Source: a virus
Lineage: Duplodnaviria > Heunggongvirae > Uroviricota > Caudoviricetes
IMG/VR virus record: IMGVR_UViG_3300028805_000045
Length of the DNA stretch: 64,000 nucleotides
Strand: one strand, 5' to 3'
Part shown: one piece after another, positions 48,300-57,805 of the stretch
Layout: the number at the start of each line of letters is the position of its first letter
Numbering within the stretch: position 1 is the first letter of the stretch
Notes under the pieces: model-generated
What the model saw: the letters and a program-made list of their open reading frames with translations, nothing else
Databases searched by the model: none
Told to the model about the DNA's origin: nothing
Translations under genes and position numbers: made by a program

Positions 48300-50440
48300 G
48301 CAGTAGGTTGCTAGCCACACATCAGAGTCAAATAAAAACTAGACAGACTTATATACATTCTATCCATTGAACTATTAGCCGCGTAAGCGACTAAGTGAGA
48401 TTCGAACTCACATCCCTTGTTATACAGACAAATTAAGAAAATATTGCTGACCTGTCTAAATGGTGCGGCAAATAGCACTCTAAGCTATACATCATTATAG
48501 GGACGTCTCCGTAAACTATAAGGTGTCTCTCACGTAAGCATTACTTTGGTCGCTTACTGGTTGCCACATATAAAGCCGAGCACACCCTCGGCGTGGGTTA
48601 TTAGGGCTGTTATCCTTATAAGGGATACATTTTTTCAACTCCATTACAGGCACCCTACTATTAGAGATTATAGTGTGTAACCGCACACTTACTTACTTCG
48701 CCTGTCTTTTTATTATAGTCTGCCGCTAAGCCGCATGCTACATATCATATTTGATTATGAAGTATTGCTTAGAAAGTTCATTCATAAGCACTTCTCCCAA
48801 ATACGCCAGTAGTAGTTTAGTAAAAATCCGTGTTTTCCGCAGACTTGCATCGTAAAGGAGGCGATGCGAATGGCGGCCCCAGCGGGTTATGATCCCGCGA
48901 TCTCGGCGGTGACAGCGCCGTATTCTAACCAGCTGAACTATGGGGTCATATAGATAGTCTTTAAAGCTAAAGGCTTACGTCATAATCTCACATTGGCATT
49001 ACATATTTATACTGCTGAAGCCACATTTGATCTCAAAGCACGATGGTACCCACATCCGGGAACGATCCGGAATTTTCACCTTGAAAGGGTGACGAACTAA
49101 CCAATTATTCGATGCGGGCATAATTCCAGTGTTGGCGCACCGGAACGACGAGATGCAGTTGACTAGTTATTATTGCGCCAACAATAATAACAACGAATTT
49201 TTAATTTCTATGTTTGTCTTTCATCAACTTTATCTCTCACGTTTTTACACAGATACGTGTCAACTGTTTGCTCTTCATTGGAATCGAACCAATCCTACTC
49301 GGTGGTATATCCGGGCGTGCCTTCCACTACACTATCAGGGCATATAGGCGTTTGATAACCCAGGTTGCGCCCAAACTCTGGGCATGTGTTGTACTTTCAC
49401 ATGATGAAAATGCGGCGACCACATAAACCGCGTTCAAGAGATTCAGGTCATGACTCCCTTCTCTTGGAAGAGCACTAGGATTCCCTTCCCATTTTCATTT
49501 TACTATACTGCGTCAGAATGCTGTTCCTACATTCATTGTTAAGGGTTAGCTTTCACCCTAACCGTTTACAGCGGTCGCATTTTAGCCTACACAATGTGAC
49601 GGGTGCGGAGGGCCCTTCCACCGCTTTTCTGATTTGTTAACAATCAGTAAGGACTTCACCCATTACTTTCCTTCCATCCCGTTTTTCGGCCGTTGTACTT
49701 CTTACGTGGTACATCACGCTTGCCTGATATTCTTCCAATTTAACGCGCAAGTCCGCTAAATTTCCTATTGGTCTCAGTGGAATAGGACGCTGCTTCGATT
49801 TTTTGTTTAGGCCAGAAATCAAGACAACTGGCACTTTTGACTATCGAGGTGGCCCATATATTAGAAACCTGCACTAATATGGCGATTCTTCTAATATACG
49901 TATCTCAATCTGGTCTTCGTCCATCCCCACTTCCCGTTTCCGAAGTGTAGCGCACCATCAACTACGAGTGTGACGGAAACTCACATTTCTTCTTTTACGT
50001 CCTTACTGTTTGGACTTGGCTGTTCTTCAAACTCCATTTAACCCATTCTTCCTAGCGTGTGGTCTAAAGCTTCTTAACCTTAGTTTTTCAAAACTTACAC
50101 GCTAATTACGGCATTTGGGCACCTAATAGGCGCAATGATTTGCGCATTGCTTTAAGCTCCCTTAGCACCGATGCTCTGCCTGACTACCAGAGCTACAGCA
50201 GTCTGGCCCTGCTTGCCGACATCGTTATTTTATATACCGCGAACGATGTGCGGTTGCGCTCTCCAGTGGCCGCCTTCGAGCGGGGCTAGATTCTAAGTGC
50301 ATCAGAGTTTTTTGACACCGTGGCCTTCCTCCGCCACCGCCGGGAGTCGAACCCGGGCAGCGTCGTTACCTTTTCGCCCTAACATCACTACGTCGATGTT
50401 TCTCACCTTGAACGAATACCTTCTAACGGTCTGGTATCAA
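48300..50440 (-). ncRNA. About 2.1 kb GC-enriched, essentially ORF-free island holding one tRNA-Asp, orphan tRNA-like arms and repeated hairpins
   Basis: Only scattered short ORFs. The 14-mer GGTCATGACTCCC(T/G) recurs at 49441 and 50791. An orphan T-arm lies at about 48409-48425 and a GCCC..-type 5' half at about 49262-49345. Confidence 0.3.
48871..48947 (-). tRNA. tRNA-Asp (GTC)
   Basis: Stem CGGCG/CGCCG, loop CTGTCAC, T-arm GCGGG-ATCATAA-CCCGC. The acceptor has 1 mismatch. CCA encoded. Confidence 0.6.
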
Positions 50441-50444
50441 CCGT

Positions 50445-50520
50445 TGGTCGCGGGCCTGGGAGTCGAACCCAGTCCTTGAGGCTTATGAGGCCCATGACTT
50501 AACCGCTTGTCCTGTCCGCG
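50445..50520 (-). tRNA. tRNA-Met (CAT), or Ile2
   Basis: Loop CTCATAA, T-arm CTGGG-TTCGACT-CCCAG. The acceptor has 1 mismatch. Fused to the promoter leader. Confidence 0.65.
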
Positions 50521-50524
50521 ATAC

Positions 50525-50573
50525 TCTCTCTTTCTTACATAATTATTATATCATAATTTTTGTTTTAAGTCAA
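50525..50573 (-). promoter_or_regulatory. Promoter cassette copy fused to tRNA-Met
   Basis: Minus-strand TTGACTTAAAACAAAAATTATGATATAATAATTATGTAAGAAAG. Confidence 0.55.
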
Positions 50574-50584
50574 ATAACTAGACT

Positions 50585-50625
50585 CGAAATTTCATGCTCT
50601 ACCTCTTGAGCTACTCACGCTATTG
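50585..50625 (-). pseudogene. 5' tRNA fragment (acceptor plus D-arm) abutting a promoter cassette
   Basis: GCGTGAG-TA-GCTC-AAGAGGTA-GAGC... is followed directly by the TTGACT -35 element. Confidence 0.35.
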
Positions 50626-50684
50626 CATAAGATGGGAGTTGAACCCACGACACTGAAAGTGTTGTTTGCTGTAAGAGTCTATAA

Positions 50685-50757
50685 TGCGCACTGCTGGACT
50701 CGAACCAACGACGTCTTGCTTGTAAGGCAAGCCTTCTCCCAACTGAAGTAAGCGCGC
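50685..50757 (-). tRNA. tRNA-Val (TAC)
   Basis: Acceptor GCGCGCT/AGTGCGC, stem CTTGC/GCAAG, loop CTTACAA. Confidence 0.7.
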
Positions 50758-50900
50758 ACGCGTGCAACATCCATATTACGGTCATGTTTCAACCTTTAAC
50801 GAGTTGATGCTGCCAGTATCTCGGGAAAGAGATCGGGTCATGACTCCCGTTTTTCAGATTTCTCCTACTTTGTCGTCTCCCAGTCATCCTCGCGACATTC

Positions 50901-50975
50901 TGGTACTCCACCAGGGAATCGAACCCTGAATCCACTGATTAAGAGTCAGTTGCATTACCATTGTGCTAGTGGAAT
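50901..50975 (-). tRNA. tRNA-Lys (CTT)
   Basis: Stem ACTGA/TCAGT, loop CTCTTAA, T-arm CAGGG-TTCGATT-CCCTG, CCA encoded. Confidence 0.75.
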
Positions 50976-51232
50976 ATAAATCTCACAATTTACCATTCCA
51001 TATGCCCTTATGTTCTGGTCGTAGGGAATTGGTGAGTTTCTACCCTACTGTTTCCTCCTCAACGGGCGAGGTGTCCGGCGTACTCTCTGGTGGCCGCGTT
51101 TCACCTTTTGGGAGTTGCCGCTCCCGCACTACTTGCGGCAACAAGTAGATTGGCATATAAAGACTTCTTGCGTTTAGGGACTCCAAGGCTTGCGCATCGC
51201 CGGTTTACAGTCCGTTCAGTCATTCGGACAAA

Positions 51233-51308
51233 TGGTGGAGCTAATGAGATTCGAACTCACTACTTCTTCCTTGCAAGGGAAGCACTCTACCAACTGAGTT
51301 ATAGCCCC
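51233..51308 (-). tRNA. tRNA-Ala (TGC) with a G3-U70 pair
   Basis: Acceptor GGGGCTA/TAGCTCC, loop CTTGCAA, CCA encoded. Confidence 0.8.
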
Positions 51309-51526
51309 ATTTTATAAATTATCATTCTTTTATTGTCAATTTGACCTGGATTATATTTACGAAGAAAGTTTCCAAACTCATAATCATAGAATAAATAATT
51401 ACAAGTAGGACAACGAAAAGAATAATAATCTCCATCACGGTCGAGGCGATTTGAAGTCTTAACTTCAGTTTTAGACTTTACAATTACATGTAGACATTGC
51501 GGGCACCGAAACGGATACATTTTCAT
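51299..51526 (-). CDS. Small Zn-ribbon protein
   Basis: 75 aa with CPQC...CPTC. Confidence 0.45.
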   Translation of the reverse strand: MKMYPFRCPQCLHVIVKSKTEVKTSNRLDRDGDYYSFRCPTCNYLFYDYEFGNFLRKYNPGQIDNKRMIIYKMGL

Positions 51527-51534
51527 TTCTTTCC

Positions 51535-51582
51535 CTTCTTTCTTACATATTTATTATATCATAATTTTTAAGAGAAGTCAAA
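51535..51582 (-). promoter_or_regulatory. Promoter cassette copy
   Basis: Motif match. Confidence 0.5.
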
Positions 51583-51587
51583 TTCTT

Positions 51588-51761
51588 ATTATTTTAATGT
51601 TTACAATTTCAACCCTGGTCAAGTCAAAACCAATATTACGAATATAATTAAAAACTTCTTTTTTTGAAGGTTTTTTAGAATAGAGAACTACAAAATCTCG
51701 GGTCATTTCTCCATATTTCAATGATACTATACACCGCCAGTTCTCTTTCTGCATTTTTCTT
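51588..51761 (-). CDS. Small hypothetical protein
   Basis: Manual 57-aa ORF MQKENWRCIVSLKYGEM... Confidence 0.3.
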
Positions 51762-51808
51762 CCCCTTTCTTACATAAAAATTATAACATAATTTTATTTT
51801 TAAGTCAA
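51760..51808 (-). promoter_or_regulatory. Promoter cassette copy
   Basis: Motif match. Confidence 0.5.
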
Positions 51809-51812
51809 ATAA

Positions 51813-52010
51813 TTATTTTTTTGAAGTTCGATAATCTTCACGAGAATGAATGGTGTTTTGATATTTACATTCGGGACAATAAATATATTGTTCATAATCC
51901 CATTGACAATGATTATTCTGAATATCACTATCTTCAAAAGTAAAAACGCATTCACAATTCTTACAAGTCATTTGGTAAGGAGCATGCCCATGTTTAATAA
52001 CTTTAATCAT
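51813..52010 (-). CDS. Small Zn-ribbon protein
   Basis: 65 aa with CKNC...CPEC. Confidence 0.45.
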   Translation of the reverse strand: MIKVIKHGHAPYQMTCKNCECVFTFEDSDIQNNHCQWDYEQYIYCPECKYQNTIHSREDYRTSKK

Positions 52011-52153
52011 CGTAACATTCTACCTCGATTCCCATCTGTTCACAAAAAGTACTTTCAACTTCATACCAGGTATCACGAGAAATATACTCTTCTTCCATTT
52101 CTTCAATAGTACGATCACAAAGGAAATCATCAAGATAATCAGGCATTTTCTCA
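52010..52153 (-). CDS. Small acidic hypothetical protein
   Basis: Manual 47-aa ORF MPDYLDDFLCDRTIEEMEEEY... that overlaps the next gene by ATGA. Confidence 0.3.
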
Positions 52154-52159
52154 TCCTCC

Positions 52160-52203
52160 CTCTTTACATAAAAATTATATCATAATTTTAGTACAAAGTC
52201 AAG
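52160..52203 (-). promoter_or_regulatory. Promoter cassette copy
   Basis: Motif match. Confidence 0.5.
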
Positions 52204-52214
52204 AAAAAATCCAT

Positions 52215-52650
52215 ACTAAATTTCAAGTAAATCGACTATATAAGATTGGGTGTCTTTAATCTCTCACTATCAATTTAGTATGGATAGTGCAATTAATATT
52301 CGCGTAATATCAATTGCGGCCGCATATCTCACAGTTGCCGCGACTGGCAATAGTGCTTATATCGAAAGCAATCCGAGCGGATTCTCGCGCCGTATTCTCC
52401 GCGCCCACTTGGTTAAGGTAGTCAGCTCCTTCCAACTTTCATTCTCGAAAAAGTTGGCCTACGTCGTAGTATTACTCCGGATTAATTTACATGGCTACGA
52501 GCTCATGGCGGTTATTAACGCAAACCAAGCCCCGGCGCTTACTTTATTCTCCGCTCCCCTCGCTAGCAGGTTCGCGGGCGGGATGAAATAAGAAAACCCT
52601 TAGTTGTAAAAAGTCCTATCGGGTTGCGCATTGTAAAGAGGCGTGATAGG
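52215..52650 (-). ncRNA. GC-enriched ORF-free segment, candidate structured RNA
   Basis: Begins with the 12-bp inverted repeat CCATACTAAATT...AATTTAGTATGG. The plus-strand ORF 52250..52591 is judged spurious. Confidence 0.25.
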
Positions 52651-52656
52651 CTCTTA

Positions 52657-52733
52657 CTGGTACTCCCTCTGGGATTCTAACCCAGGACACCGGACTTAGA
52701 AGGACCGTGCTCTATACAACTGAGCTAAGGGAG
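52657..52733 (-). tRNA. tRNA-Arg (TCT)
   Basis: Acceptor GCTCCCT/AGGGAGT, loop CTTCTAA, T-arm CTGGG-TTAGAAT-CCCAG, CCA encoded. Confidence 0.7.
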
Positions 52734-52773
52734 CATATAAAAGGGTTGATTACGGCTCAACCCAAGCCATCAA

Positions 52774-53118
52774 TTAAAGAAAATTTTTGAAGAAAGGATC
52801 AAAAATATCAAATAAAGCGGGTACGTTCTTTACCCCATCGGTTGAAAAATGGAAAGTACCGTACTTTTTACAGAAAGCTTCAAGTTTTTCTCTATAAGCT
52901 GACTGTGCTTTATTAGCCGCTTCTAGCGCTGCGGTAACTTCTGCCGCCATAGCCTTACGCTCTGCGGCTTCCTTTTCTTTCTTTTCCTTTTCTTCTGCGG
53001 CTTTACGTTCTGCACGAATACGCTGACGATTTTCTTCTTCTTTTGCTTCGAATTCTGCTTGCTGGCAAGCTTCAACAGAATCAAATAGTTTGTTTAATTT
53101 TTCGCTATAAAACTTCAT
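52774..53118 (-). CDS. Lys/Glu-rich coiled-coil protein
   Basis: 114-aa ORF downstream of a promoter cassette. Confidence 0.45.
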   Translation of the reverse strand: MKFYSEKLNKLFDSVEACQQAEFEAKEEENRQRIRAERKAAEEKEKKEKEAAERKAMAAEVTAALEAANKAQSAYREKLEAFCKKYGTFHFSTDGVKNVPALFDIFDPFFKNFL

Positions 53119-53189
53119 ATAAGTTCCTCTCCTTATAATTTATGTAGTTCCTATCCTACATATTTAATATTATTAGAATGGGATTTTCC

Positions 53190-53234
53190 CTTTCTAACAA
53201 TATTATTATATCATAAAAAATTAAAAAAGTCAAA
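53190..53234 (-). promoter_or_regulatory. Promoter cassette copy
   Basis: Motif match. Confidence 0.5.
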
Positions 53235-53239
53235 TATTT

Positions 53240-53636
53240 ATTTCAACCCATCCATAAACACCTGGTTCCCATACATTATTTGCGATAGTATTTTCCCAAG
53301 TTTTTCCATTATGAGTTACTTTATCTCCAATCTAATATGGATTTGTGCTATCTGGCTATTCCCATTCAGGAATTACATTTTCATCTGGAATTAGTACTTT
53401 AGCCCATAGGCTTGGAGCAGAAAGTGGGTCCCAATTTGGTTGTGGTATATGTGTCTATAAACATTTGTATAAAATACCATTATATCGAACTCGTGTATCT
53501 TTTTCATAATTATCTTCATTTGCGTGCCACTCTGGAAATAATTGTACGGCTTCAATTGCATCAGCATCATCTAAAGAAATAGCGGCTTTTTCAATATAAG
53601 GGCGCAATTTACGAGCAAGTTCTATTAAGGTCATAG
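53240..53636 (-). CDS. Hypothetical protein with 3 in-frame TAG codons
   Basis: Manual ORF MTLIELARKLRPYIEKAAISLDDADA...KCL-TAG-THIPQPNWDPL... that overlaps the upstream gene by ATGA. Confidence 0.35.
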
Positions 53637-53637
53637 G

Positions 53638-53904
53638 TTACTCCACCCCCAATAAAATTTTTGCCGCGGTGAGTTCTTCTTGTAAATTAGCAATAGCTTT
53701 AGAATTTTCTTCATTCATTAATTGAATGTATTCGTCTTTAGTATATCCAGTATAATCATATTCAAACCCGTTAATTACATGTTCATCTATTTCTTTTTCA
53801 AAAGGAATAATGTTTTTTGCAGTAAAAACCATAGAATCAGTTATTTCAATTTCTTGAGGATATTCAAATGATTGAATTTTACCATAATTAATCATACTAA
53901 TCAC
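53638..53904 (-). CDS. Hypothetical protein
   Basis: 88-aa ORF. Confidence 0.4.
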   Translation of the reverse strand: MISMINYGKIQSFEYPQEIEITDSMVFTAKNIIPFEKEIDEHVINGFEYDYTGYTKDEYIQLMNEENSKAIANLQEELTAAKILLGVE

Positions 53905-53957
53905 CCCTCAAATTTTGCTTTCCATTTATTTATATTTGCAGTATAAATATCATTTTT

Positions 53958-55946
53958 CTAAGGAATATACATTAAATTCGCGCCAAAGGAATATTTAGAA
54001 TATGTAATTTCTCGATCGCATCCATAATAAAATGGCCCTGCGCTATCTTCACTTTCCCAAGTTCCGCCAATCACTACACAATTAGTTCCATTTAAATTTG
54101 CTTTAGACCAAAAGTTATCTCCTACTGGCAAAGCACTATTGGCAGAAGCACATTCAGCTGGCATAAATACCCAATCATACTTATCATTGCCATATCCCAT
54201 TGCAGAAACCCATGAATGCATAGTAGGAAGTTTAAATCCTACACTTTCATAATTATTATCTACAGTAGTATAGTTATAATTAAAGTTTTTACAAATATAT
54301 GGATATCCGCCTTCATCATTGCCTTGTCCATAAATATTGATTCCGCCAATAAAATGCCAAATGTTACCCCAAGGATTTTCTATGCCACGATAAGATATTG
54401 CTCTTTTTCCAGAAGTATCATAAGAAGTATATTCACCATTTATTTCAGAAATGGTTGTTTGGGCTACTCCGGTATTATTGCCAAGTGATGCGGTTGAACC
54501 TGTCAATGAAGCACAATTTGTATTATAAACAGCTGGAATATTTATTATTCCAGACTCTATTCCATTTTGAATATTTAATTGTCCAAATTCTACCATTTCT
54601 AACATTTGATTTGCGCTTTCAACTGCCATATTTGTTATATGCCATCCATTTCCTCGATTTTTTGCTAATTGTTCAGCATTAATTATTGTAAGACTACTAG
54701 TAGAATTACTACTAACTGGTTTAGCATTAGCAACTGATGAAAGCTTATCATTAGCAAAATCAATAGTTATAGTAGAAGTAGTATTATAATTATTATTGGA
54801 AAAATCATAAACACTTCCTTGATAAGCTGGTAATAATACATAATCAACTTCAACATTGTCTTCATTTATAAATAAAGGATGTACTTTAAAACCCGATTTT
54901 TTTTGAGTAGATAAAATTATATTTTCTTTTTTAATAATATTACCACTTTCAAGTCCGGTCATATTAATTGGGATTCTCTAGTAATAAAATTTTGGTTGAT
55001 ATACCATAACTTGTCCATTACTTCCATCATCAGCATAATTAGAATCTCCATAAAATGCGGTTATTGTTCCATCGTCTGTTACGTTACAACGCATACGTCC
55101 GCCATACATGGAATAAGAATCGAAATTAGCTCCTGCTGTTTTATTTTCTGCGTCCTATATTCTAGTAAAGGATTTATTTACATAGTCTATCTATAATCCT
55201 ATTGTTCCACTTATATTATATGTACCAGTATTAATAAGTGCCGCAATAATATCCTATTCTGAGGTTGAACCTGCAATTGGTTTACCATCTGGGCCAATAA
55301 TTATAATATTACCTGCGTCATCAATTGAGAAACTTCCAATTGTTCCGCCGCCAGTGGAAGGGATTTGTGCAATTTTATTTTCAAGTTCAGTTTTTATTGA
55401 AGTTATATATTCTTTGATAGCTTTTTGTGTCATTGAACCATCTTCATTGTTTCCTGAACTAGTATAATTTTTTTCTATATCATATGAAGTAGAGCTACCA
55501 TTTTTAGTAATGGTCGCACGTTTAATTTTGGCATTACTTGTATTAGCATCTGATATAGTTACATTTGCGGCAGTATTTTGAATTGCCGTAGATAATTCAG
55601 TATAATTGTCTGCCATTGTAGTTTCTAAAGAATCAATATCTGTCTGTACTGGAACTAATGCTTCTTGAATTTTATCTTCAACAATTTCATTAGTAAGAGC
55701 CGCGGCGGCAGACGTAAAATCTGTTTTTAAATTATCGAAGTCATCTGCAATTGCTTCTGCCCTTGTCTAAGCTTCTTGTGCGGCTTCATTTGCGGCTTGA
55801 GCGGCAGCATTAGCATCCTAAGCATCTTGTAGAATTGCAGCCACTTCATTGGCTTGCGCCATAGCAGCTTTAGCTTGTCGTACAAGTGTTTCGGTTTCTC
55901 CTGTAAATGACTTTTTTGAGGCTAAAATAATATCAATAATATCCAT
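53958..55946 (-). CDS. Tail fibre protein (N-terminal coiled coil, Ser/Thr/Asn/Gly-rich C-terminus) with about 8 in-frame TAG codons
   Basis: Hand-traced single frame from MDIIDIILASKK (SD AAGGAGG) joins ORFs 55254..55616 and 53958..54962 across TAGs. The stop is TAA. Confidence 0.5.
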
Positions 55947-55960
55947 TATTCAATACCTCC

Positions 55961-56173
55961 TTATACTCGTTTCCAAGTCTTATTGCTTTTTCCTAAATAA
56001 AACGTTAATTCATTGTTATTATCTTCATCTTCTAATACAACGCAGACTGAACCTAAAGTAATATATCTAGGATCAATTCGTTTTTTATCTTCTGCGGTGT
56101 CACAAAAATGTGTATATGTTATAACATTATCTTGTGAACCGCGCTGTGTCATAATATTTGCCATATCTATCAC
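55961..56173 (-). CDS. Hypothetical protein
   Basis: 70-aa ORF. Confidence 0.4.
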   Translation of the reverse strand: MIDMANIMTQRGSQDNVITYTHFCDTAEDKKRIDPRYITLGSVCVVLEDEDNNNELTFYLGKSNKTWKRV

Positions 56174-56212
56174 CTCAAAAGAAAAGGAGCGAAATTAATC
56201 GCTCCTTATCAT

Positions 56213-56557
56213 TTATTCTTCACTTTGTTCAGGTTCTACTCTTTTATTAATTTTATTTATGTTAATATAAGCAGTAGAATTATTATTATTGTATATATTA
56301 GAATTAAGACTGGTGATGTATAAATCTTCTGCGAAGGTTAAAGTAACTATTTCTTCATCTTGTCCGTTTAGAATTTTTAGACTTTCAATACGGACATTTT
56401 CAAAGAATTTTGCGCTTGATAGTGAGCTTAAAGAAACGTTTAATCCAATTGATTCAGAATGTTGAGAATAATTATCAATTCCCATTGTTGCTGAATAATT
56501 CATTTCATTAGCTTCAATAAGATGGGTGTCGTCGTTGTTTAAAATAATTTTAATCAT
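56213..56557 (-). CDS. Hypothetical protein (tail-associated by context)
   Basis: 114-aa ORF behind the SD AGGAGG. Confidence 0.45.
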   Translation of the reverse strand: MIKIILNNDDTHLIEANEMNYSATMGIDNYSQHSESIGLNVSLSSLSSAKFFENVRIESLKILNGQDEEIVTLTFAEDLYITSLNSNIYNNNNSTAYININKINKRVEPEQSEE

Positions 56558-56570
56558 AATAAATTCCTCC

Positions 56571-57805
56571 TATTATTGTGGTTTATATATTGCTCTGACA
56601 TTGAAAGCAGAGTAACTGTTTGCATTAGAAGCACTTCTAGTGCCACTACACCAGCAACCACCAAAAATATTTCCACTATACCAATATGGCGTTCTATGAC
56701 TCCAAATAGTTTGTCCTTCAATTTTAGTATACTGAAAACCTGAATAAGTTTGATTAGTATATTCATATGGGGTTGGATCACTATAATAACCTACATTCGA
56801 ACTATAAGGAAAAAATATATAATCATTTTGTGCAGATGCAGATGTATTTATTATATTATAATGATATGTTACTTGTCCAGGAATGATGTCATTTGGAATC
56901 GTATGCTATTCAAGAATTGTATATCCTTGAAGTTCACTGGTACTAGCGGGAATGGTATTAGTAATAGCTTGCTTAAAAGAATGATTTGTTGATTTTTTAT
57001 CTATATAAAAATAAGAGTGCGCAAGGCAAGTACTAAATGGAGAAGTAAATAGTCCTTCAATACCATAATAATATAAAATATTATTAGCTTTAAAACAAGA
57101 TAAAAATCCGTTTTGTACAGCACTTTGGTTAGTACATCCAGTTGTATACTGAGTAATATAGCTATCTGTACTATTACTATTATTCCATTTATCAGTTCCT
57201 TGTTCTATTAAAAAAAGTAATTGTAAAGCACTATATACTTCTATAGACATAACTTCATAATTATTGCTAAGTCCAGTAATTGCATCATTAATTGTTTTTC
57301 CATTAGTATAATTGTAGTTATCAACTGTATTATACTTTATTTGTAATCCACTACTTGATTTATTATTACTGTTTAAATAATATTTAGAAATATATACTCC
57401 TGAACCAGGATGTAATTTAAATCCAGGATATTTTGAAGAAGGAGGCTTTCTATTTGCTATGTACATATAGTAATCCTAACCTTCTTTTATTGCTTTATAA
57501 TAAAACTTTGGTAAATAAACATAAAGATTGTTATTTGCATTATCAAGGTCATCTCTACTATTAACTCTAGTAATATTATTCTATTCATTAATATTATAAG
57601 TTAGCATTTTTTTCCATGGAGAAAAGTTTTTATATATAGTTGTATCATCAGCGTCACCGGCATTAACATAATTATTTGGATCCTAATTATTAGTATTGGA
57701 AGAATTGGGTAAAAGTTTAAAATAATTACTACTACTAGTATTCCATTTTATTCCAAATATACTTAATTCTTCTGTACTTAAAGTTGAAAATAAATTTAAA
57801 ATCAT
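56571..57805 (-). CDS. Tail-associated protein with about 4 in-frame TAG codons
   Basis: Hand-traced frame from MILNLFSTLST joins ORF 56906..57466 and ends ...AIYKPQ followed by TAA. Confidence 0.45.

Noticed and set aside
48328-48345. Additional promoter cassette at AGAGTCAAATAAAAAC upstream of 47734..48288
   Set aside because: Only the -35-like half is present. No TATAAT or conserved leader follows on the minus strand.
50205-50225. rRNA fragment in the GC-rich island (10-mer GCCGACATCG resembles the 23S peptidyl-transferase region; CGCCTCCTTT near 48855 resembles the 16S 3' end)
   Set aside because: The matches do not extend beyond about 10 nt on either side. They are probably chance.
465-53234. 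CRISPR array as an explanation for the roughly 45-nt repeats
   Set aside because: The repeats are spaced irregularly (0.2-5 kb) and are strand-specific. They match a -35/-10 promoter plus leader. Each precedes a gene or tRNA rather than a spacer of uniform length.
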